From contig PMBS01000254.1 in the NCBI GenBank assembly GCA_003153015.1, forward strand, positions 9,568 to 73,567: 64,000 bases of DNA, in the 5' to 3' direction. Position numbers and translations under genes: made by a program. Below, in pieces: positions 35,979 through 45,900 of the stretch. How positions within the stretch are numbered: position 1 is the first letter of the stretch; each line of letters opens with the position of its first letter. The DNA is from Myxococcales bacterium (GTDB taxonomy: Bacteria; Myxococcota_A; Polyangia; Fen-1088). The notes below the pieces were generated by a model. That model was not told the origin of the DNA. It worked only from the letters and a program-made list of their open reading frames with translations, and searched no databases.

Positions 35979-36731
35979 ATGCCCCATGCTCTTCGCGGAA
36001 GTGTTCTTCTGGCCCTGGTCATCGCTGTGACTCTGGGATGTGAAGGCCAGCCGCCGACAGACAGCCCGACACAACCTGCACTCAATAGCGCGCCCCTCTC
36101 GGCAACCGAGCCTGACCAAGGCACCGGCAAGGTTGAAATCGTGGTCAACTCCCCGCCGCGGGTGGATAGCATGACGAGTTCACCTGGACATGTGGCGAGC
36201 CACGCTCCCGTCACCCTGCAGGTCACGGCCAGCGACCCTGACCACGACCCGCTGGTCTTCGCGTGGACCAGCACCTGTCCCGGCACGTTCGATCGAACGG
36301 ATCGGGATCAGGTGACCTTCATCACCGGCACCCTGGCCACCGGCGCGGATTGCGCCTTCCAGGTTTCGCTGAGTGATGGCCATGGCGGAACCGCCACCGG
36401 CACGCTCGTCCTGTCGGCCGCCGTGCCGGTGATCAACATTGCCCCGACCATGGGCATCGTCTACCAGTCGACCGACGCTGCCGACGTGGGGGAGGTCGTC
36501 CTGTTGCACGCAAGTGCGACCGACCCGGAAGGCCAACCGCTGACCTGGATGTGGAAGGCCAGCGACGGCGCATTTTCGGATCAAGTCGACCAGGTCGGAT
36601 CTAGCGACGTGCGCTGGACCGCGCCCGCAACCCCAGGCGTCCGCTGCACCATAACCGCGACCGCCACGGACCCAGGAGGAGCCAGCGCATCCTGGGCCTT
36701 CAAGGTCCAGGTTCAGGGCGGGGGCGGATAG
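35979..36731 (+). CDS. lipoprotein with PKD/Ig-like repeats
   Basis: Lipobox TLGC; repeated modules with TASDPDHDPLVFAWTS / SATDPEGQPLTWMWKAS motifs. Confidence 0.6.
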   Translation: MPHALRGSVLLALVIAVTLGCEGQPPTDSPTQPALNSAPLSATEPDQGTGKVEIVVNSPPRVDSMTSSPGHVASHAPVTLQVTASDPDHDPLVFAWTSTCPGTFDRTDRDQVTFITGTLATGADCAFQVSLSDGHGGTATGTLVLSAAVPVINIAPTMGIVYQSTDAADVGEVVLLHASATDPEGQPLTWMWKASDGAFSDQVDQVGSSDVRWTAPATPGVRCTITATATDPGGASASWAFKVQVQGGGG

Positions 36732-36811
36732 CGGCTAGCCGGCGTCAAATCGCGGACCGTGCTCGATGATGCCGGTTTCCCTGGACGTACCGTTGGTGAG
36801 ACCTGCGCGGT

Positions 36812-38239
36812 CTACGGATGGTTGGCCGGGGTCAGCGAGAAGTTGAAGGACGACTGCAGATTCGACGCTGCGCTGGTCGCGCTGACCGTGACCACCACAT
36901 CGCTCGCCGCATTCTCGGCACCATCAGGAGCGGTCCAGGTGGCTGCGGTGGCAAAAGCCGGGTCGAGACCCATCGCCACCGGATCCCCCGCAACCGGGGC
37001 CGAGGCCGACGAGGCGGACCAGACAAAGCTCAATTGCCCGCCGGCAGGATCGGACGCCATGGCAGCGAAGGTCACTAGGCTCCCGCCGGTGGCAATGTCC
37101 CGTGATTGATAGGCAATGCCAAAGACCGGCGGCGTTTGCGCCACTACGGGATGGGTGGCGGCCAGGGTCAGACTGGCGGTGGAAACGTTCTTGACGAAGC
37201 TCGTACCCGGCCAGTACCCATCGCTTACCGCCACCAGGAAAGTACAAGAGGTGGTTCCCGCTGCTGTGCCGCTGACGGTGAACAGGGTCGAAGGCTCGGT
37301 CGGGGTTGCGAATTGGACTGTGCAGGGAGAAGCGGACGGTACGGTCCAAGAGTAGCTCAGAGTGTCGTTCTCCGGATCGGTGGCCTGAACTGCCATTACG
37401 CCGCTGGTCGGGCCGTCAACGGAGATCTGGGCGGGGTCGGCAGTGAGGACGTTGATGACGGGGGCGCCATTGAAGACCACCGAGACCCTGGCGCCCCCGA
37501 CTCCATCCGCGGTCGTCACGCTGACCACGAAAATCGCACTGTTGGCAAGGCCAAAGGCGTCCTTGACCACGAGAGTGATCGAGCATTTTTCATTTGCCTG
37601 CGGAGCTGTCCAGGTCGCCTGGGATTCGGAAGGATGGGCGAAATCCGTCCCTGAGACTGTGTGGACATCGGATATCGCGCCACATGCGGTCGCGGGAACC
37701 CAACTGAAAGCCAGCGTGGCGGTTTGGCCCGGATCCGGATCGTGCGCCGTGGCCCCGACCGTGATGTGGCCGCCCGGCTTGACTGAACTGGCAGACAGCG
37801 TGATCGCATCAATAAGGGGGCTGGAATTGTGGAAGGGCGACGGCTGTTCGATCTCGTTGAGGTAGATGATAACCGTGGTTGTGTGGCCCTTGCTGATGAC
37901 CACACCGGCCGCCACCCCGTGCGCGATGATCTTGCTGCCAGCCCCAAACGCTTCAGCGGTAAACACGTAGTCAGCCGCCACCGCCAGATTGCTAAGCACG
38001 GCCGAGAATTGATCGCCCTTGGCCGCCAGCGCCACTTTCATGGGACTTGAAAGTACACTGGGGGATTGTACCGTCAGCCTCACTTCGACCACGGGCAACG
38101 CGGTCAATGCGTGCGCCGTGACCTCGGCCGCCCCGCCGGCCGGGGAGGACGACTGGCAAGCGAGGAATGGTGATGCGCCGAGCGCAATCAGTAGCGCCAC
38201 CGCAGCCAGAATGCGCGATATTGATTCCGGCTGTGGCAT
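36812..38239 (-). CDS. lipoprotein with PKD/Ig-like repeats
   Basis: Lipobox FLAC; repeats TAHDPDPGQTATLAFSWV, QATDPENDTLSYSWTV; last gene of the minus-strand operon 40506 to 36812. Confidence 0.6.
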   Translation of the reverse strand: MPQPESISRILAAVALLIALGASPFLACQSSSPAGGAAEVTAHALTALPVVEVRLTVQSPSVLSSPMKVALAAKGDQFSAVLSNLAVAADYVFTAEAFGAGSKIIAHGVAAGVVISKGHTTTVIIYLNEIEQPSPFHNSSPLIDAITLSASSVKPGGHITVGATAHDPDPGQTATLAFSWVPATACGAISDVHTVSGTDFAHPSESQATWTAPQANEKCSITLVVKDAFGLANSAIFVVSVTTADGVGGARVSVVFNGAPVINVLTADPAQISVDGPTSGVMAVQATDPENDTLSYSWTVPSASPCTVQFATPTEPSTLFTVSGTAAGTTSCTFLVAVSDGYWPGTSFVKNVSTASLTLAATHPVVAQTPPVFGIAYQSRDIATGGSLVTFAAMASDPAGGQLSFVWSASSASAPVAGDPVAMGLDPAFATAATWTAPDGAENAASDVVVTVSATSAASNLQSSFNFSLTPANHP

Positions 38240-38242
38240 TTC

Positions 38243-39760
38243 CTACTGGGCTACACGGGTGGGAATCTCGCGCAGGTCGTTTGAACCAATGCCCAACTGA
38301 CCCGCCGAATTGTCGCCCCAGCACCACAGCGAGCCACCCGTGGCCAACGCGCAGGCGTGGGTGACGCCTGCGGCCACCATGGCCCAGGTCTGCCCGGATG
38401 TGACGACGGCAACCGGCGTGCTCCTCAAATTGACGGTGTTGTCCCCCAGTTGCCCCGAACTGTTGCTGCCCCAGCACCAGAGGGTACCGTCCAGCATGAT
38501 GGCACACGTGTGGGACTGACCGGCCGACACGCTCTGCCAGGTGGTGCCCGCGACCTGCACCGGATCGCTGGTTTGCGAGGTGGGGAGCACAGGAATGCTG
38601 TCGTTGCCCAGTTGGCCGGAGAGGTTCCCGCCCCAACACCAAAGGGTTCCATCGGGCTTGGTCGCGCAAGAGTGGTACAGGCCCGTCGTCACCTGCGCCC
38701 AGGTTCCGCTCAGCTGAACCGGTGACCAGGGGAACTGCGACTTGGTGCCAACCTCCAGATTGGCATTGAGGCCCCAGCACCAAAGGGTTCCGTCGGTCTT
38801 GACGGCGCACGCGTGCAAGTAGTTCGCACTTACCTGGCTCCAGCCTTGCCCGGTGACGTGAATGGGGACGGCACTCGAATTCGTGTCGCCGGTTCCGAGC
38901 GTGCCATTGGTATTGTCACCCCAGCACCAGAGGGTGCCGTCCTGCTTGATTGCGCAGGTTGAATACAGGCCGGCGGCCACGCTTTGCCAGGGCCCCCCGG
39001 GCACATCCGCCTGTCCAGCCGCTGCAGATCCAGGGACCGCCCCCAGTTGACCTGAACCGTTGTTGCCCCAACAGGACAGCGTGGCCTGGTTGCTCACCGC
39101 ACAGGAGTGGCTCTGTCCGCAAGCCACCTGATTCCACGCAGCACCCCCCACTGCGACCGGGGTCAAGCGGTTGAAGGTGCTGGGCAAGAGAAGTTGACCG
39201 TAGGTGTTGCTGCCCCAGCACCAGAGACTGCCATTCGAGCGGATTGCGCAGGTGCTCTCCTTGCCCACGGCCACCTGGGCAAAGGGAACGCCGCCGCCTG
39301 CGGTCGATTCCGGCGGGCCGGTAGTCCCGGCGTCGGGATACCCGGACTGACCGCTATCCACAGAACCTGAGGATGCCGGCGCAGTGGCAAGCGCAGCTAA
39401 TTGCACATTCAGGTCAATTCGTCCGCCCGCGACGACTTGACCGCTGACTGTGCCAGAACCCACGAGGGTGAACTTGTTGTCGATCGCCTCGACCTGCACC
39501 TGGATGGCACCACTGCGCGAACTTGGCAAGATCAACACCAGCGTGCTGGGAAACCCTAGCTCGCCAGCAGCGGTTTCGGGAATGATCTTCTGGAACTGGG
39601 CGGTGCCCGGGTTGCTGACGGTCACGCGAAGCTGGTAGACGCGAGGAACGTCGCAGTTCACGTCTGTGTGAAGCACCAAATACGAGTCCTTTTCGGACTG
39701 GCACGAAAGGCTGCACAGAACGACCGCTGCCGTGGAAAAGGTGGCCAGACGCGAAATCAT
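38243..39760 (-). CDS. RCC1-repeat (beta-propeller) protein
   Basis: At least 7 repeats of the form ..H[ST]CA.....LWCWG.N..GQLG; ATGA overlap with the upstream TPR gene. Confidence 0.7.
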   Translation of the reverse strand: MISRLATFSTAAVVLCSLSCQSEKDSYLVLHTDVNCDVPRVYQLRVTVSNPGTAQFQKIIPETAAGELGFPSTLVLILPSSRSGAIQVQVEAIDNKFTLVGSGTVSGQVVAGGRIDLNVQLAALATAPASSGSVDSGQSGYPDAGTTGPPESTAGGGVPFAQVAVGKESTCAIRSNGSLWCWGSNTYGQLLLPSTFNRLTPVAVGGAAWNQVACGQSHSCAVSNQATLSCWGNNGSGQLGAVPGSAAAGQADVPGGPWQSVAAGLYSTCAIKQDGTLWCWGDNTNGTLGTGDTNSSAVPIHVTGQGWSQVSANYLHACAVKTDGTLWCWGLNANLEVGTKSQFPWSPVQLSGTWAQVTTGLYHSCATKPDGTLWCWGGNLSGQLGNDSIPVLPTSQTSDPVQVAGTTWQSVSAGQSHTCAIMLDGTLWCWGSNSSGQLGDNTVNLRSTPVAVVTSGQTWAMVAAGVTHACALATGGSLWCWGDNSAGQLGIGSNDLREIPTRVAQ

Positions 39761-40506
39761 GGCGAGACCCGAATCGCACCGTAGGTTGAAAGGGGAACCT
39801 GGTTTTCGGGACGGGTAAACCACCAGGCCGCCGCGCCGCCAGCAGCCAGCGCAACACCCACCGACGTCCAGAACCACCACCGGCGATATACCGGGCGCCG
39901 GGTTGGCTCGACCGGCGCGGCCGGCTCGGACGAGAGTGACAGGCCAACCGCCGGCGGGGGCGGCGGGGGCCGGGGAGTCAGCACGACCGGCGGTGGCTCA
40001 GCAGCTTCGGCCTGCAGATCCTCCAGCGGGGGCGGTGCCAGATCCCGCCCGGCTGGAGCCGGCGCGGTCATCAAGTTGTCCAGTTGCTTGTCTTGTTGTT
40101 TCTCTTGGCCGCCCCGATCCGCCGGTCGATTGAGCACGAACGAGGTGATGGTCTCGATCTCTGCCGCGGCTCGCTCGAGCTGCGTCCGGTATTTCGGCAT
40201 CGAACCGGCGGCACGAAGGAAGGAGCTGTATGACGCCAGAGCCTTCTCGGGCTTGCCGGCCAGACGATACGCCTGCCCCAGACTATAGAGGAGCATTGGA
40301 TCCTGGGTCAGGGTGTAGGCCTGCGAGAGATGCTCGATGGCTTCGTCGTACCGGCCCAGATTGAGCGCGACCATTCCCTTGGCGCGCTCGGCGCCAGCGA
40401 TCGAGCTTTCGCCCGATCCTTTGGCCAGTACCGACGGGCAGGGAAGCGCGAGCAGCAACGCCACGGCGAGCAGATGAAGCCGCAGCCACAGAGGACAGGA
40501 ACGCAT
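39757..40506 (-). CDS. membrane-anchored TPR-repeat protein
   Basis: Strong RBS GGAGGTG 7 nt before ATG at 40506; signal/TM; TPR-like helices; Pro-rich linker and C-terminal TM (WWFWTSVGVALAAGGAAAWWF). Confidence 0.6.
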   Translation of the reverse strand: MRSCPLWLRLHLLAVALLLALPCPSVLAKGSGESSIAGAERAKGMVALNLGRYDEAIEHLSQAYTLTQDPMLLYSLGQAYRLAGKPEKALASYSSFLRAAGSMPKYRTQLERAAAEIETITSFVLNRPADRGGQEKQQDKQLDNLMTAPAPAGRDLAPPPLEDLQAEAAEPPPVVLTPRPPPPPPAVGLSLSSEPAAPVEPTRRPVYRRWWFWTSVGVALAAGGAAAWWFTRPENQVPLSTYGAIRVSP

Positions 40507-40576
40507 GACGGGACACCTCCACAATGCAAGACGCAATATCGAATGGAGGAAGCGCCGGATCAAGCAAGGATCGCGT

Positions 40577-40594
40577 ATGTGACAGGAGTGTCAC
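40577..40594. promoter_or_regulatory. ATGTGACagga GTGTCAC - 11-bp phased half-sites (also an inverted repeat)
   Basis: Lies ~280 bp upstream of the PstS-like gene at 40871. A second element, CGTCAGTTATCCGTTGCG at 40720-40742, resembles (as reverse complement) the element at 46662-46698 upstream of the cassette-B PstS-like gene. Confidence 0.35.
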
Positions 40595-40870
40595 CCTTCC
40601 TTTGCAAAGAGTTAACAAATCGAGGTCATCGACGTCGATGACGCTAGCAACTGAAAGCTGCGACTTCCGTCGGTGCGTTCGCTCTGGGTTGTGCGGGGCA
40701 GCGAGGGATTTCGCAAGAGCGTCAGTTATCCGTTGCGAATGGTTGGCAAAGCCCTCACACACATCCCGCTTGCAAGCTGCTATTCAGTGTGCCGCCGGAA
40801 TAGGGGAAGCGGCCAAGGGGGTGCGCGACCAAGCCGGCGCGGAAAACGAACGATTCAAGGAGGCAGCAAA

Positions 40871-42694
40871 ATGTCAACAGCATGGAATCGCATCATGAGG
40901 ATGCTCGGGGTGGCCATCCCGACATCGATCGCCGTCTTGGCGATGGCAAGCGGCGCCGCCTGGGCGCAGGAAACCTGCCCTAGCACCGCACTCGACCCGA
41001 ATACTGTGCCAATGGCGCCCGACCCGGGGTACATGGATCCAAACGTCGCTGCGGCCTGCAACGCCACATACGGTGCTGGTCACGGGTGCTTCCGCTTGGA
41101 CGGGTCGGACACTCTGACTGATGTCGTCCACAACGCGATCAACGCCTCGGGGGCGTGCATCAGCTATCACAACATCGGCTCGGGACAGGCCGAAACCAAC
41201 ATGCTAGCCGGGGCCGGTACTGGAAGCGGCACCGTCAACCAGGGAATCGGCCCGATGTCGCGGAATTTCAAGGTCAGCGTGGCCAACGACAATACTGCTT
41301 TGGGCGCCGTAGTTAACCCGACCTGGGTCGCATACGACCCGCAGGTGGTCGCGCTGGACGCTGGTGTCTTCACTTTCTACAAGCGGGTCGGTGGCGCTGT
41401 CAATCTTGACAATGTCAAAGGCTGGCCGGCCGCCTGCGCTAGCGCTTCCTATTGTCAGTCCGCCATAACCTCCGGCGTCGTCCCTCTGGCGGTCCTTATG
41501 AGTGGCAAGCCCACCTCCGGGGCCAAGAGCCTGGCGACCACGGCCGAGTGCGCGGATCCTTGCCGGGTTTGCCTGGTTGAGTGGCTCGGCAGTCAGAGCG
41601 TTGAGGGTGTACCCATCGAACACATCCTCCGCCGCGATGACAAGTCCGGTACGCAGGACACCTTCCGCGAGATGACCAATGTCGACCGCTGGTGCAACGG
41701 CAAGTCCGAGGGCAATATCAACCATGCCGGCAGCAACTTGCTCAACGAGGACCTGGATCCCATCCGGCGCGACTGCATGGCCGGGCCCACCGGCGCGTTG
41801 GCGGCGACCCGTTGCACCTACTACCCGACCGGCCAGAGCTGTCTGAGCGGAGATGCTAACATCCCGGCAAACGGATCGATCGTCATCAGAGGTGTCACTC
41901 TCGCGAACACGTACAGTGAAGCCCTCAAGTGTACCCAGGGGCTTGTCGTGGCGATTTCGGAGAACGATCCTCCTCCCGCGACTGACATCACCACGTCGAT
42001 TGGACTCCGGGTTGAGTTCGGGGCCGGCCTGGCGCAAGGCTCAATCATTGGGATGACAGGGCTAGCTGGCGATCTTAGTGGGTTGGGGGCCCATGCGGCG
42101 GGCGCCGCGATAAACGTTCCGGTCGCCATCGACGGCATCACCCCGACCAATCACGACAACATCTACTTCGGAACCTACAAGTTCTCGCGGCGTTTGTTCC
42201 TGCAGCGGAACCCCGGCTTCACCGATGCCAACCGAAGCGCGGGCGAGGCGGCGGGCCGAACGGCGGAAGAGACCAAGCTCTACAACTGGGCGCAAGGCCA
42301 TACCTGTCCCCTGGCGACGCTGGCCACCAACGCGGGATTCCTCGGGAAACTGCGTAGTGGCGGCTGCGGCGATGACTGCAGCACCGGTCAGAATCCAAGC
42401 ACGCTCAGCTGCTTGAAGGGTGATCCAGGAATCGGCACGCCCAAGCAGAACATCGGCGCGGAGACCGGGTCGAATCATGCCTGCAACGCGTCCTATCCGT
42501 GCGTCGCGAACGGTACAGTGGGCACCGGTACCCCGATCAGCTGCGGTGTCACGGGTAGCACCAGCTGCCCGAATATCCCGGTTCTGGCCAGCGGCGCCCC
42601 GGGCTCCGCTTGCAGCATGAACGAAAAATGCTCAGGCAGCAATTGCGCGATCGCTGCCGGCGAGGTGGGTGGCTGCTGCGGTTCGTGCCCATAA
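40871..42694 (+). CDS. PstS-like (PBP_like_2) substrate-binding protein with long Cys-rich C-terminal region (third paralog)
   Basis: Signal peptide; motifs IGSGQAETN...GTGSGTVNQGIGPMSRNFK and RRDDKSGTQDTFREMTN match the phosphate-binding-protein fold; C-terminal ~120 aa Cys/Gly/Ser-rich. Confidence 0.55.
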   Translation: MSTAWNRIMRMLGVAIPTSIAVLAMASGAAWAQETCPSTALDPNTVPMAPDPGYMDPNVAAACNATYGAGHGCFRLDGSDTLTDVVHNAINASGACISYHNIGSGQAETNMLAGAGTGSGTVNQGIGPMSRNFKVSVANDNTALGAVVNPTWVAYDPQVVALDAGVFTFYKRVGGAVNLDNVKGWPAACASASYCQSAITSGVVPLAVLMSGKPTSGAKSLATTAECADPCRVCLVEWLGSQSVEGVPIEHILRRDDKSGTQDTFREMTNVDRWCNGKSEGNINHAGSNLLNEDLDPIRRDCMAGPTGALAATRCTYYPTGQSCLSGDANIPANGSIVIRGVTLANTYSEALKCTQGLVVAISENDPPPATDITTSIGLRVEFGAGLAQGSIIGMTGLAGDLSGLGAHAAGAAINVPVAIDGITPTNHDNIYFGTYKFSRRLFLQRNPGFTDANRSAGEAAGRTAEETKLYNWAQGHTCPLATLATNAGFLGKLRSGGCGDDCSTGQNPSTLSCLKGDPGIGTPKQNIGAETGSNHACNASYPCVANGTVGTGTPISCGVTGSTSCPNIPVLASGAPGSACSMNEKCSGSNCAIAAGEVGGCCGSCP

Positions 42695-42754
42695 CAGTAG
42701 ACGAACACCGCCTGATGTTGGGCACTTTGGAGGCGTGGCGAGTCGGGGTCGGGG

Positions 42755-42783
42755 CCTTGCCTCCCGCACAGCGGGAGGCAAGG
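42755..42783. other. 13-bp perfect-stem hairpin CCTTGCCTCCCGC-aca-GCGGGAGGCAAGG
   Basis: Read directly; no flanking T-tract. Followed by a partial copy of the GGGAACCC REP-like core (gtggggtggggaacccgg). Confidence 0.6.
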
Positions 42784-42860
42784 CGGTGTGGGGTGGGGAA
42801 CCCGGCACTGGCGCAGGATGCTGCGGGCGCAGTGCGAATAGCCAAGACTTAGCGTATTCA

Positions 42861-42920
42861 CCAATCAACGAATCAACCAACCAGTCAGTCAATCAACCAA
42901 CCAGTCAGTCAGTCAGTCAA
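42861..42920. repeat. low-GC simple-sequence region: tandem 20-bp repeat (aatcaaccaaccagtcagtc x2) extended by (CAGT)4
   Basis: Read directly; lies between the putative promoter and the AAGGAGGA RBS of the 1172-aa lipoprotein gene. Confidence 0.7.
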
Positions 42921-42948
42921 CGAGAACAGAGAATCAAGGAGGATCCAA

Positions 42949-45900
42949 ATGGCTACTAAGCGAATGACATGGATGGCAGCCGCGCTCGGCGCGGTCGCCC
43001 TGAGTGGCATGGTGAGCTGTAACGGTAAGGGTGGTAAGGAAGCGGGCGCGGCGGCGGTCGGCGTGAGCGGCCAGGCATTGACCCTCGGCGACGTCAAGTC
43101 GGTCAGCGTTACCGTCACGGGCGGGATCGCCAACCCGCTGACTGTTCCCCTCGTCGGGAATTCGAACGTTCCCCCCACGCAATACTCCGCATTGATCAGC
43201 GACCTGCCCATCGGCTGCAACTACGTCTTCACCGCCACGGCCACGAACACCGCCGGCGCCACAATCTATCAGGGCGTCGCGAGCGGCCAGTGCATCACGA
43301 AGAACCAGACCGCGAACATCATCATCGACATGAACGACACGACGACGCACGTAACCGTGGATGACGAGGCCCCGTTCATCGACTCGATCACGGACACAGC
43401 CGCCTGTGTCGCGGTCGGCGACACCGTCACCATCAAGGCCACCGCCCACGATAGCGATCCCGGCGACACGGCTGGCATGACGTTCGTGTGGAGCGTTCCG
43501 AGCTGCGGTACCCTCAGCACGCCGGTCAACACGGTCGGCACCGACACCACCCCAGGCACTTCGACGGTTGTCTTCACGGCGGTCACCAACAACGTCAACT
43601 GCCAGGTCAACCTGGTGGTGAAGGACGCGCGGATGCCCACGACTTTGCAGACCACCGCGGTGGTCGCAATCTCGATCGGCGACGCTTGCGCGTACGGCAA
43701 TGCCAAGATCACGGCCATCCCGGACACCTGCCCGGCCATCACCGGCCTGACCTCCAGCGCATCGCCCTTGGTCACCGGTGTTCCCACGACCCTGACGGTG
43801 ACCGCCTCGGACTCGGATGGCGACGCCCTCAGCTATCACTGGACCTCTGACTGCAATCCCACCAACGGCCTCGGTCACTTCCTTGGCGCCAACCCTGCTT
43901 CTGCCACTGGAAATCCAGTGCAATTCGTCTACGACAGCGCCCTCAGCGGACCGGACTGCATCTTCACCGTGACCGTGGACGACGGCACGTGGACGAGCGG
44001 ACAGTTGCAAGGCCAAACCAAGTGCTCGGTCATCACCCACATGAGCCTGCCGGCACAGTCGACCGGGTACCATCAGGCGGACGCCTGCACGTTCGGCTAC
44101 GACTACATGTCGACGAATACCGTAGGCGATGGCGACCAGGTGACGATCGAGATCGCCGCCCCATGCTCGAACCCGGTTTGGTCGGCTGGAACGCCGATTC
44201 CGGCTGGGAACCTCACCGCGCCCTTCACCACTGGCGTCACCTTCATCGCCCCAACCGGCGCGGGTGCTAACGGCGCTACCGTGACCGTGACCTGCCCGGA
44301 CTGCGGGGGAGGCACGCTGCACACCTTCACCATGATCGGGGTGAACTCCTTCTGCACTCAACCTGGCGTCAGCGAAGGCGCGGACTGCACCTTGACGGCT
44401 CAGCTCAGCGACAAGTGCATCCTGACGGCTGCGTGCCACGCTGGGCAGTGCCAGCAGACGAGCTACCATGCTCCATGCGGGCCAAGCGGCGTCGCGTGCC
44501 AGGATTACGTGTGCCAGAAGACCACCGGTCAGTGCGCCAACCAGCCCTCGGCCGACGGCACTGATTGCACCGACGGCCTCGCCTGCGACGGAACCGCCGA
44601 CAAGTGCGCTGGCGGCGCCTGCCACCCGACGGGAACCCCGGTGTCCTGCCCCGCGACCGGCAATCCCTGCATGGTTAACGCCTGCACCGAGCCGAACGGC
44701 TCGTGCGTGGCCGCCGCCGCGCCTAGCGGCACGGCCTGCGACGACGGCAACGCCTGCACCGGCACGGTCGTAACCGCGCCGAGCGGGACCACCCCCGGGA
44801 CCTCTGCTGACTTCTGCAACGCCAACGGCGTGTGCGTCGGCTCGGGTGCGACTGTTGCCTGCCCGTCGGGCGACGTCTGCACGGCGGTTAGCGGCAGCGA
44901 CACCCAGTACACCTGCCCGGTCAAGGTCTGCATGGGCCCGGCCAACGCGGTCTCCGTCAGCACCCCTCTGATGTTCGGCATGGGCGTCGCTCCCGATGCT
45001 ACGCTTTGGACCACGGGCTCGTTCGCCAACTTCTCCACCAACCCGATCAACTTCGGCGCTGGCCCCGTCTATTCCTCTGGTGGCTCGGACGTCTACCTCA
45101 ACAAGGTGTCTGCGACCGGGCTGACTGCAAGCCAGACCTTCACCTTTGGCTACCAGGGCGGCGGCGACCAGGTCGGGACCGGTGTGGCGGTTGCCTCCAC
45201 CAACAACGTTGGCCTCATCGGGAACTACTACACCGAGGTCGACTTCGACCCGATCAGGTCTGGCGACCCAGCCTACAACGGCGGCGGCGGCCCGATTGAC
45301 AACTTCGACTTCCTTGCGAAGTCCTCGTTGGTCCAAGCCGCGGCCATGAACTTCGTCCTGGTCGCCAGTGGTGCGTCAACCATGCCGGAAATCACGCCCC
45401 TCAAGGCCCACAACATCGATGTGGGCACGGGCGCGATCGTGGCCGTCGCATCCAACCCCAGCCAGAACAAGATCGCGATCTGTGGCAAGAGCATGAGGCT
45501 TGTCGGCGCCTACAACGCGGCCACTACCAACACTGGATTGCTCACCGCTGGCAACTATGGCACGGGCGGCAGCGGCACCACCGCCGCCGTCGCCGGCGGC
45601 AGCATGGACATCGTGGTAGCCGTGATCGACGCGAGCAACGACCCGAACAACGTCGGCAAGGTCCTCTGGGGCAGGCAGTTTGGTGGCGCAGGCGACCAGG
45701 CCTGTGAGTCCGTGGCCATGGACAGCGCCGGCAACGTGGCCATTGCCGGTAACTACAATGGAGTCTTGAACTTCCACCCGACGAATACTGCTCTCCAACT
45801 CACCAAGTCTGGTGGGAGCACCAGCGGCGCTCTCGCGCTTCCGTTCGTGGCCGTTCTGGACCCCAACGGGACGCCAGTGCAGGCCATGGACTGGGGCACC

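Noticed and set aside
42934-45336. 800-aa minus-strand ORF
   Set aside because: Antisense to the giant SBBP lipoprotein gene. The plus-strand product has RBS, lipobox and conserved repeat modules, whereas this translation is Arg/Gly/Asp low complexity.
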